The notes below the pieces were generated by a model. That model did not search any database. It saw only the letters and a list, made by a program, of their open reading frames with translations, and was not told the DNA's origin. This document shows positions 47,858 to 55,907 of a stretch of 64,000 nucleotides of DNA, piece after piece. Origin of the DNA: an uncultured Bacteroides sp. (GTDB lineage: Bacteria > Bacteroidota > Bacteroidia > Bacteroidales > Muribaculaceae); assembly GCA_964461785.1 (NCBI GenBank), contig CAYWWE010000002.1:3609-67608 (forward strand), written 5' to 3'. Position numbers and translations under genes: made by a program. Within the stretch, counting starts at the first letter, position 1. Each line of letters opens with the position of its first letter.

Positions 47858-47962
47858 CATTCATCACATTATGCTTATTCAGTTGACTATGTTAGGAATT
47901 GATAGCTTTTGTTTTTTCAACGGTGCTATCTCCGTTGTGTATGTGTCGTTGTCAAGACGGGA

Positions 47963-48538
47963 TCAATAGCGGCTTTCAACCACATCCCAGTCTACGATGT
48001 TCCATAGAGCCTTGAGGGCATCTGCTCGACGATTCTGGAAATCAAGATAGTAGGCATGTTCCCAGACATCAAAGGTGAGCAGGGGTGTGAGACCATCGCG
48101 GAGAGGGTTCTCGGCGTTGCGTCCCTGGGTGATAAAGAGCTTTCCGTTGTCGTCTTTTGATAACCAGACCCAGCCTGAACCGAAGAGCGAGACACCTGCT
48201 TCGACAAACTCGCGTTTGAAGTCGTCGAAAGAGCCGAAATCGCGGTCGATCGCGCGGCGAAGATCGCCTGAGGGCTCACCACCGCCGTCGGGCGAGAAGG
48301 TGAAGAAATAGAAGATATGATTCCACGCCTGCGATGCATTGTTGAAAAGCGGGCCGTCGGCCTGACGGATGATATCCTCAAGAGGCATATCGGAATATAT
48401 GGTGTCGCGGATAAGACGGTTGAGATTGTCGATATAAGCCTTCTCGTGACGGCCATAGTGGAAGTCGATTGTACGGGCCGAGATGGCGGGTTCGAGTGCG
48501 TCGTTGTCGTAGGGGAGCTGGGGCTGGGTATATTCCAT
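47963..48538 (-). CDS. sod: Fe/Mn superoxide dismutase
   Basis: LPYDNDALEP, HYGRH, NNASQAWNH, FGSGW, DVWEHAYY. Confidence 0.98.
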   Translation of the reverse strand: MEYTQPQLPYDNDALEPAISARTIDFHYGRHEKAYIDNLNRLIRDTIYSDMPLEDIIRQADGPLFNNASQAWNHIFYFFTFSPDGGGEPSGDLRRAIDRDFGSFDDFKREFVEAGVSLFGSGWVWLSKDDNGKLFITQGRNAENPLRDGLTPLLTFDVWEHAYYLDFQNRRADALKALWNIVDWDVVESRY

Positions 48539-48651
48539 ATCGAGATTAAGAGTTTCTTTTGTTATAAATCTTGATGTATCATTTATTTTGATTACGTAAA
48601 GAAAACGGTTGAGGGGCCGCGATGGTTCGCCGGAGCAGGCACGTTAACATT

Positions 48652-49695
48652 TCAACCGTTGTTTTTAACATAACTCTCATCTTCCTGACCGATCCAGCGG
48701 AATAGGAAGCGGTAGAGGGGACGCACAACGTCGGGGGCCGAGAGAAAGAGATCATGGAGTCCGCCGACCACAACAACATCTGTGGCGCCATCGGCTGGAA
48801 GCGTAATGCCGATCTTCCGTATGGCTTGAGGATTGAGCACTGCGTCGGCGCTGTTGGCTGCCGGGCTCCATTCAGATCCCGAATAACCACGCTGTGAAGT
48901 CATGAGAAGGACAGGAACCTTTATACAACTCGGGTGTGAACGCAGATAATTCTGTGCACGGGTAATGGAGCGAATCCAGCCCGCTGTGACATCAGGAGAG
49001 TGGAGTGCTTTCCAGTTGGTGTTGTAGGTCCACCGGCCATTATATTGTTTCAGGAGTGAGTGGGAATAGGCGTTGCTGTCGCCTTGTTTGAATTTCATTC
49101 CGGGGATAACGGCACCTAAGGCGCTCACCAGCGGAATGGCCTTGTTGAGTTTCCCGAGATTCCAGGCAAGGAAAGGGGAGTTGAGCACGAGATTTGCAAC
49201 CGGGGCATCTGGACGCCTGGCAAGATAGTAGGCCGATGTAAGTCCTCCGGTTGAGTGGCCCATTAGGGTTATGGTCGAAACCCCGTTGCGCTTCATCACT
49301 GCAAGAGCGGAGTCGAGAGCCGGGAAATATTCCTCAAGACCGTGGCGGGCGTCGCAGTGCACCTGCCCGGGTCGGAGCGAGCGGCCATAACGCTGAAGAT
49401 CGACAGCATAAAAAGCATAGCCATGGGCCACAAAACTGTCGGCCATCTCCGCCTGAAAGAAGTAATCGTTGAAACCGTGGACATAAAGGACACCCTCGGA
49501 GCTTCTTCTAAGAGTATCTGCTGCCGGACGAATCACGGTGCAGGGGATATCCTTATCTGAGGGAAGGGATATGGTGAGAGTCTGGAATGATGATCCGAGA
49601 GCTGCTGAGTCGGGGAGCCAGCGGTCGAAAGCCGAGGCTGCCGGGGCAAGGACAATGCCTAATAAAATAGCTGCTGTTCCGAAGATGGATTTCAT
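48652..49695 (-). CDS. Secreted alpha/beta hydrolase (lysophospholipase-like)
   Basis: Signal peptide, YVHGFNDY, DLQRYGRS, GHSTGG, GLHD. Confidence 0.88.
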   Translation of the reverse strand: MKSIFGTAAILLGIVLAPAASAFDRWLPDSAALGSSFQTLTISLPSDKDIPCTVIRPAADTLRRSSEGVLYVHGFNDYFFQAEMADSFVAHGYAFYAVDLQRYGRSLRPGQVHCDARHGLEEYFPALDSALAVMKRNGVSTITLMGHSTGGLTSAYYLARRPDAPVANLVLNSPFLAWNLGKLNKAIPLVSALGAVIPGMKFKQGDSNAYSHSLLKQYNGRWTYNTNWKALHSPDVTAGWIRSITRAQNYLRSHPSCIKVPVLLMTSQRGYSGSEWSPAANSADAVLNPQAIRKIGITLPADGATDVVVVGGLHDLFLSAPDVVRPLYRFLFRWIGQEDESYVKNNG

Positions 49696-49835
49696 GAGTG
49701 ATAAGGGAGATGTGATGAGTTGAAAAAACTGTTTGAATGATCAACGAGTGCGCGCCAGTAAATGTTTTGTCAGTCCTGTGATAGAAAACGGTTGGAGCAC
49801 ACGGTTTATTTAATTACCTTTGCGCTCTCTAATTC

Positions 49836-51008
49836 ATGGATATGTCAGAAGCAAAGAAAAAAGTTTTCGTGTCGGGCTGCTACGATATGCTCCACTCGGG
49901 TCATGTGGCTTTCTTCAAGGAGGCATCTAAGTTTGGCGACCTCTATGTAGGCATAGGGTCGGATGCTACTGTTGCCGAACTCAAACACCGGCAGACGGTC
50001 TGTTCCGAAAACGAACGCCTTTACATGGTCAAGGCCATCCGCTATGTTACCGACGCTTATATCAACCGCGGAAGCGGAATGCTTGATTTTCTCGATACTC
50101 TTGATATCGTGAAACCAGACATATTTGTGGTTAACACCGACGGCGGAAGCGACGCTAAACGCAAGCTATGTGAGGATCGCGGTATAGAATATATAGAGCT
50201 TCAACGGATGCCGGATGCCGGGCTTGAGGCGCGGTCTACAACTTCGCTCCGCGCCGGCGCGAAGTCCAACATTCCTTACAGAATAGATATTGCGGGGACA
50301 TGGATCGATCAGCCATACGTGTCCAGACTCGGGGCCGGATGGGCCATTACGGCGTCGGTAGAGCCAACGATTGAGTTTAACGAGCGCAGCGGCATGTCGA
50401 CCTCCACCCGCAATGCAGCCCGGAAGATATGGCCCTACCAGCTCCCCGACTACCATGAGGAGCAGCTCGCCAAACTTCTTTTCTGTCTGGAAAACGATCC
50501 GGAGAACGACGGACATGTATCAGGCGCGCAGGATGCCATAGGAATATGTGTGGCAGGTCTCAGCCGACATTATTATAACGGCCACTACTGGCCCGAGAAG
50601 ATCGAGAGCTGCAACGACGAGGATGTACTGTCGTGGCTCGAGAGCCATATATGTCTCGTCGAGATGTTTCCCCGCCGAGAGGGATGCAACGTGACCGAGG
50701 GGATGGATCTGACAGCAGAAAAGGTAGCGGCCCTGACGGACGCAGCCGACCGCTGCTGGGATGCCATAATGGATAGAGATCTTGACCGCTTTGCAGCTGC
50801 GTTCCGCGACTCCTACGAGGCACAGACAGCTATGTTTCCCGCAATGATACAGCCCGGAGTGGAGGAGCATATCGCGCACTGGCGCGACAAAGCCCTCGCG
50901 TGGAAGATGCTCGGAGCAGGCGGCGGAGGCTATCTGGCTCTTGTCGTAGACCGGATCCCTGATGAGGGCGTGATTCCTATCAGGATCCGCCGCAAGGGGA
51001 TGTGTTGA
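49836..51008 (+). CDS. HxGH nucleotidyltransferase fused to GHMP-kinase-like domain
   Basis: GCYDMLHSGH, RSTT; then PYRIDIAG, SGMSTS, GAQDAIG, KMLGAGGGGY; TACCTTTG at 49815-49822. Confidence 0.85.
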   Translation: MDMSEAKKKVFVSGCYDMLHSGHVAFFKEASKFGDLYVGIGSDATVAELKHRQTVCSENERLYMVKAIRYVTDAYINRGSGMLDFLDTLDIVKPDIFVVNTDGGSDAKRKLCEDRGIEYIELQRMPDAGLEARSTTSLRAGAKSNIPYRIDIAGTWIDQPYVSRLGAGWAITASVEPTIEFNERSGMSTSTRNAARKIWPYQLPDYHEEQLAKLLFCLENDPENDGHVSGAQDAIGICVAGLSRHYYNGHYWPEKIESCNDEDVLSWLESHICLVEMFPRREGCNVTEGMDLTAEKVAALTDAADRCWDAIMDRDLDRFAAAFRDSYEAQTAMFPAMIQPGVEEHIAHWRDKALAWKMLGAGGGGYLALVVDRIPDEGVIPIRIRRKGMC

Positions 51009-51030
51009 CTCCGGCCCGAAGGTTTGGCCG

Positions 51031-51999
51031 TCACACTGTGACGACTATTTTGCCTATCTCTCCACGCTGCTCTGCCAGTTCGTGGGCGGCGGCTATATCT
51101 TCAAGCCTGAATGTGCGGGCAATGATGGGATGTATCCGTGCGCGGTCGATCAGATCCATCATGTCGGTGATTTCTTTCTGTGTCGGGGAATTGCTGTAGA
51201 ATCCGGTGAGATATACCCCGGAAGGAATTTCCTTGATCGGATCAAAATCTTTCATGCCGAATATGCCTCCGAGCAGGCCGGTGTGACATACGATTCCGTG
51301 CAACGATGTAAGCCGCAGCGACTCAAGCAGGGTAGCGGCACCGATCAGTTCGAGCACTTTAGTTGCACCATAGGGGTATTTATCGAGAAATTGCTGTCTT
51401 AGATCGGGCCCTTCGATCATGGCGTCGTCTGCTCCATATTGTCTCAGAAGACTGCACTTTTGTGTGCTGCGGGTGGTGGAAACGACTGTGGCTCCGATTG
51501 CCTTGGCAAGCTGCAGGGCTGCCAACCCCACCGTGGAGGTGCCACCACGGATAAGCAGAAGATCGCCTGACTTCAGCTGCAACGATCCTACGAGCGAGCC
51601 GTAGGCCGTGTAAAAGGTCTCCGGAATAGCGGCAAGTTCCTGCCAGTCAAGACTACTGTTGACAACAAACAGATGGCTTGCCGGCAAAAGGGCGTATTCC
51701 GAGTAGCTTCCGTCGAAACTGCGGCCCATTCCACCCATCAGGGCAATCACGCGATCGCCCTTCCTGAATCGGGTGTCGGAGGGATCTTCAACCACACCTA
51801 CACATTCGATGCCGGGTATGATCGGTTTCCGGATATATGGCCGGGCTATCTCAAACTGACGGAGAAGTATCTCGGAATGATTGATGCCGAAGGCTTTGAC
51901 TTTGACAAGCACCCATCCTGGGCGCACCGTAGGGATGGCTCTTTCGGTTAATTTCATTTCTCCGGCCTTGCAAGGCTCGGTGAGTACAACAGCTTTCAT
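51031..51999 (-). CDS. Zn-independent MDR-family (quinone) oxidoreductase
   Basis: VLVKVKAFGINHSE, PGIECVG, DGSYSEY, RGGTSTVG, GKIVV; no catalytic Zn Cys/His set; ATG overlaps the rSAM stop. Confidence 0.88.
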   Translation of the reverse strand: MKAVVLTEPCKAGEMKLTERAIPTVRPGWVLVKVKAFGINHSEILLRQFEIARPYIRKPIIPGIECVGVVEDPSDTRFRKGDRVIALMGGMGRSFDGSYSEYALLPASHLFVVNSSLDWQELAAIPETFYTAYGSLVGSLQLKSGDLLLIRGGTSTVGLAALQLAKAIGATVVSTTRSTQKCSLLRQYGADDAMIEGPDLRQQFLDKYPYGATKVLELIGAATLLESLRLTSLHGIVCHTGLLGGIFGMKDFDPIKEIPSGVYLTGFYSNSPTQKEITDMMDLIDRARIHPIIARTFRLEDIAAAHELAEQRGEIGKIVVTV

Positions 52000-53015
52000 A
52001 CTTCCTTCCAGCATTGGGGGTCAGGTGCATAAAACGAGCGGTGGTAGCCGTATGCCACAGCCGGGCATCCTCGGCAGAAGCGGAGCAATTCGCATCGCGA
52101 GCATTTCTCAAATTTCTCATGCTGACGATAGGCCTCCATTTCTTTTCCGGTCCAGAGATCATGAATTGGAGTGTGGAAAAGATTGCCTACTACGCTATCA
52201 AAGCGGCGGCAGGCCATGACACTGCCGTCGGGCTGAATGGTGAAATGGCAGTCGCCGCAGTGACATCCGTCGTAGATAGCCTCAGGATCGCTGTTGGCCG
52301 GAATCTGAAACAGCCCTTTCTCATAAAGATACAGGGTCCACAGATGATCCTTGAGGTTGAAGACGGTCGACGAATCCTTATGCTGCTCAAACTTTTTCCA
52401 GATGCGGTCGAGGAAGTCGCGGTATTCAAGCGGCGAGATATGAGTAGATTTTTCTTCGGAGGTGGGGCAATAACGTCCGAAGGCAAACAGGTCGACCCCT
52501 TTGTCAACTACCAGGTCAATAATGTCGGGGATCTCGCTGATATTTGTACCGGAGACGGTTGTCATTACCGCAACCCGTATACCGGCTTTTTTCAGGACGT
52601 CAATCTTGTCGATGGTAGTGTCGAACGATCCGGGCTTTCGAATGGAGTCGTGGGTGTCTCTCATTCCGTCGAGCGACAACTGATATTTGGCGCATCCCAT
52701 GTCTTTCAGGCGGATGCACACCTCATGGGTGAGATGAAAAGGATTGCCAAGGATCGTGAATGGAATATCACGCTCCTTAAGGAGTGAGAGAATCTCCCAA
52801 AAGTGTCGGTGAAGGATGGGATCGCCACCTGTTATATAAAAATATGGTAGGCGGTGTATCTTCCGGCACATCTCCTCACATTGAGCGACAACCTCCTTCG
52901 CCCTTTCGAGTGATATCTCGATCAGGTGTGGATGTCCTTCCGAGAAAATGTAGCAGTGTTCGCAGCGCTGATCGCAGCTATCGGTTATGTGCCACTGGAA
53001 AGCAAAATATTCCAT
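51996..53015 (-). CDS. Radical SAM/SPASM peptide maturase (ACGX-system type)
   Basis: QWHITDSCDQRCEHCY (CxxxCxxC), ITGGDP, SLDG; SPASM Cys array GCHCGDC, MAC, CSRCELLRFCRGC, DPQC. Confidence 0.92.
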   Translation of the reverse strand: MEYFAFQWHITDSCDQRCEHCYIFSEGHPHLIEISLERAKEVVAQCEEMCRKIHRLPYFYITGGDPILHRHFWEILSLLKERDIPFTILGNPFHLTHEVCIRLKDMGCAKYQLSLDGMRDTHDSIRKPGSFDTTIDKIDVLKKAGIRVAVMTTVSGTNISEIPDIIDLVVDKGVDLFAFGRYCPTSEEKSTHISPLEYRDFLDRIWKKFEQHKDSSTVFNLKDHLWTLYLYEKGLFQIPANSDPEAIYDGCHCGDCHFTIQPDGSVMACRRFDSVVGNLFHTPIHDLWTGKEMEAYRQHEKFEKCSRCELLRFCRGCPAVAYGYHRSFYAPDPQCWKEV

Positions 53016-53141
53016 ATCATAGATTTATGTTCCGTATTTAATGGTTTCTCGCCATGGGGCGAGCCGTGATAAAACGACAGACTCCGACAGAAAGGCGGGT
53101 TGCTCAGCTGCCGGAGTTGTCGGGGAGGGTACTGGACGGAG

Positions 53142-53315
53142 TTATTTTTCTCCTGCACCGCAAGCCGAGCCACATGCTGCGGGCTTGGGTTCGGGTTTTT
53201 CCTCGCCGGCTCCGCAGGCAGAGCCGCATGCGCCTGAGGGTGTTTCGGTTGCGGCCTGAGCACAGAGATATGCCTGTGCGGTGTGCTTTACGGCACTATT
53301 GGCAATACGCTTCAT
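53142..53315 (-). CDS. ACGX-repeat RiPP precursor peptide, 57 aa (not in ORF track)
   Basis: Hand translation MKRIANSAVKHTAQAYLCAQAATETPSGACGSACGAGEEKPEPKPAACGSACGAGEK*; directly upstream of and co-oriented with the rSAM/SPASM gene. Confidence 0.88.
   Translation of the reverse strand: MKRIANSAVKHTAQAYLCAQAATETPSGACGSACGAGEEKPEPKPAACGSACGAGEK
53148..53231 (-). repeat. Two 30-nt direct repeats encoding ACGSACGAGE (53202-53231 and 53148-53177)
   Basis: gcatgcggctctgcctgcggagccggcgag vs gcatgtggctcggcttgcggtgcaggagaa; 7 differences, all at third codon positions. Confidence 0.95.
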
Positions 53316-53360
53316 AATCGGATGGGGTTGATTAGAGGGTTAAACATATTTTTTCAATGA

Positions 53361-53368
53361 CAAAATTA
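53361..53368 (-). promoter_or_regulatory. -7 promoter element of peptide-rSAM-oxidoreductase operon
   Basis: TAATTTTG on minus strand, 45 nt upstream of the peptide ATG. Confidence 0.65.
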
Positions 53369-53394
53369 ATCTGTTATGGTCTATTGATCAAGAG

Positions 53395-53430
53395 CTTACG
53401 AAAGGGTAACCAAGTAATATATTTGTTACT
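53395..53430. promoter_or_regulatory. Candidate HxlR-family operator
   Basis: CTTAC-N6-GTAAC, AGTAA-N8-TTACT and GTAAC-N14-GTTAC inverted half-sites between divergent promoters. Confidence 0.45.
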
Positions 53431-53518
53431 AATAATGATTTTCAGATGTTTGCATGAGATAAAATTTTTATAAAAAATTATTATTTGCCAGAGGGTTGCA
53501 ACTGTCTGCAAGATGGAG

Positions 53519-53526
53519 TAACTTTG
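53519..53526 (+). promoter_or_regulatory. -7 promoter element of hxlR-like gene
   Basis: TAACTTTG, 19 nt before ATG 53546. Confidence 0.7.
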
Positions 53527-53545
53527 CGGATAAACAGCAAAGAGA

Positions 53546-53917
53546 ATGAGAAGAAAAGAGCAGCTTAATTCCATCATAGAGATCTGTCCGGTCAGAAATG
53601 TTGTGGCCCGTTTCGGCAATAAATGGGCTTTGCTTGTCATACTGGTCCTGAGCGAGAATGACCCGATCCGGTTCAATGATCTGGGACGTAAGATACCTGA
53701 CATTTCATCGCGGGTGCTATCGTCGACACTGAGGACTCTTGAAGCCGACGGGCTTGTCAGCCGCGAATACTTTCAGGAGGTTCCTCCGAGAGTGGAATAT
53801 TCGCTTACCGACACAGGGCGATCACTGGTGCCGATCATTGTGCAACTCACTGAGTGGGCTCAAAAAAACATGAAGACCATTATCGAGCATCGACGTCTCA
53901 GCACTCCTGAAAGCTGA
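53546..53917 (+). CDS. HxlR/DUF24 winged-helix transcriptional regulator
   Basis: CPV...GNKW, RFNDL, ISSRVLSSTLRTLEADGLV, VPPRVEYSLT. Confidence 0.95.
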   Translation: MRRKEQLNSIIEICPVRNVVARFGNKWALLVILVLSENDPIRFNDLGRKIPDISSRVLSSTLRTLEADGLVSREYFQEVPPRVEYSLTDTGRSLVPIIVQLTEWAQKNMKTIIEHRRLSTPES

Positions 53918-53988
53918 GTGGAGACCACGGCATGAGCAGCGAACAAGTCGACGGACGCTATTGTTTCAACAGAAAATCTAAAGAATAA

Positions 53989-55233
53989 ATGGCATCCGAT
54001 TCATCTGTAAAGCCGGCACAGACCACTACCGCCGACTTATCTTCTGCTCCCAAACATTATGGCCTCTTTGTGGTGTTCATTGCCATAATAGGCGCATTCT
54101 CCTCGCTCGTCAACGATATGTACCTCCCGACAATTCCTTCGATGATGAAGGAGTTTCACACTACGCCTTCGATGACCCAGATGGGCATATCGATGGCTAT
54201 GATCGGAATGGGTCTCGGCTCGGTATTATGGGGCTCGGCAAGCGACCACTACGGGCGCAAACCGATTTTGATCGGGTCGCTGATAATATTTGTGATAGCA
54301 ACTGCGCTCTCACTGTTTTCGCGCAATATAACTTTCTTCATAATCTGCCGTCTGTTTCAGGGGCTTGGAGCCGGTGGAGCAATGGTGCTATCCACCTCTA
54401 TCCCGGCCGATGTCTATATGGGGCGTCAACTTGCCAAACTCATGGCTATTGTAGGTGCCATCAACGGTGTGGCACCGGCTCTCGGGCCTGTTGTCGGTGG
54501 TTTCATGGCCGATTGGGTCGGATGGCATGGAATATTTGTTGTTCTCCTCGTGGTAGGGGTTGTAATGACTTTCTGGACCACACATTATACTGAGACGCTC
54601 CCTCCGGCGCGCCGTCTTAAGGCACAGAGTCTCAAGGGCTACGTCAAAGCCTACCGATCGCTGTTTGCCAACGGTCGCTTCATGCTCTATGTCACGATCA
54701 AAGCTGTTGCGATTGGTCTGCTGTATGCCTATATATCGTCTGCGCCCTTTATCATACAGACACACTATGGATTCAGCGCCATGACTTTCGGACTGATTTT
54801 CGGAGGAAACGCACTTGCCATGAGCATAGGTTCATCGCTCGCACTGAAATTTAAGGTGATGAAGCAGGCTATGGTCGTCGGTTGTTTCGGTATGTTTGTG
54901 TTCGCCGTAGCAGAAGCGTTCGTGATGTGGCATGAAACACCGTTTATCTATTATGAACTATGCGCCATACCGATGCTTCTGTTCTCAGGCATGATCTTCT
55001 CAAGTGCCAACACACTTTCGATGGAGGTAGGACGTGATGAGGCCGGTACAGCTTCGGCTATCCTCAGTGTGGTGAAGTATGCTTTCGCTGCCGTTGTGTC
55101 GCCTCTCGTAGGTCTCGGAAATATCTTCCACTCCACGGCAATAGCATACGTTGCCGTGACCTCGGTAGCGGTAGTGCTCGCATGGCGCGCCATACGCCTC
55201 GCTCCTTTAGCCGATATGGAGAGAACTAAATAA
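53989..55233 (+). CDS. Bcr/CflA family MFS efflux transporter
   Basis: DMYLPTIP, SDHYGRKP, RLFQGLGAG, PALGPVVGG; about 12 TM. Confidence 0.92.
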   Translation: MASDSSVKPAQTTTADLSSAPKHYGLFVVFIAIIGAFSSLVNDMYLPTIPSMMKEFHTTPSMTQMGISMAMIGMGLGSVLWGSASDHYGRKPILIGSLIIFVIATALSLFSRNITFFIICRLFQGLGAGGAMVLSTSIPADVYMGRQLAKLMAIVGAINGVAPALGPVVGGFMADWVGWHGIFVVLLVVGVVMTFWTTHYTETLPPARRLKAQSLKGYVKAYRSLFANGRFMLYVTIKAVAIGLLYAYISSAPFIIQTHYGFSAMTFGLIFGGNALAMSIGSSLALKFKVMKQAMVVGCFGMFVFAVAEAFVMWHETPFIYYELCAIPMLLFSGMIFSSANTLSMEVGRDEAGTASAILSVVKYAFAAVVSPLVGLGNIFHSTAIAYVAVTSVAVVLAWRAIRLAPLADMERTK

Positions 55234-55318
55234 ATATTCAATCTTTGTCTGAAATTCTTTCAGGAATAATCTGTCTTTTTCTTAATTTTGTGGCACAGAA
55301 CTCTAATCTGCCTCAGAA

Positions 55319-55879
55319 ATGGAAAAGACAGAAAAGGATAAGATGCTCGCCGGCGAGATCTATGATGCGGGTTATGACCCTCAACTTATAGAGGAACGCC
55401 TGAGGTGTAAGGAATTGTGTCGCGACTACAACGATCTGCGCCCAAGGGATACACCAGCCCGTGAGAATCTTCTCTCGCGGATTCTCGGAAGCATAGGTGG
55501 CGCGATACTGATTGAGCAGCCATTCTACTGCGATTACGGCTATAATGTCTCCGTCGGTCAAAACTTCTACGCAAATTATAATCTGGTGATCCTCGATGAG
55601 GCTCCTGTCACATTCGGCGACAATGTCTTTATCGCTCCAAACTGTGGCTTCTACACAGCCGGACATCCTCTTGACCCGTCCGAGCGCAACAAAGGTCTCG
55701 AATATGCACGCCCCATTTCTGTGGGCAACAATGTTTGGATCGGTGCAAACGTGTGTGTACTGCCGGGAGTAACGATAGGGGATAACTGTGTCATCGGTGC
55801 CGGAAGCGTGGTGGTGAGGGATATTCCTGCAAATTCGGTAGCGGTGGGTAACCCGTGCAGGGTGGTGAAATCTATTTGA
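55319..55879 (+). CDS. Maltose/galactoside O-acetyltransferase family
   Basis: KMLAGEIY, PFYCDYGYN, hexapeptide repeats, AVGNPC; TAATTTTG at 55283-55290. Confidence 0.93.
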   Translation: MEKTEKDKMLAGEIYDAGYDPQLIEERLRCKELCRDYNDLRPRDTPARENLLSRILGSIGGAILIEQPFYCDYGYNVSVGQNFYANYNLVILDEAPVTFGDNVFIAPNCGFYTAGHPLDPSERNKGLEYARPISVGNNVWIGANVCVLPGVTIGDNCVIGAGSVVVRDIPANSVAVGNPCRVVKSI

Positions 55880-55907
55880 ATAAATCTATCAGTTATAGAG
55901 AGACTAT

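Noticed and set aside
53041-53317. Plus-strand ORFs 53041..53259 and 53054..53317 over the peptide repeat
   Set aside because: Antisense shadows of the precursor. One also shows an identical repeat (SPAPQAEPHA) because it shares the wobble register, but it has no promoter or context, whereas the minus frame gives an ACGX peptide co-oriented with a SPASM maturase.
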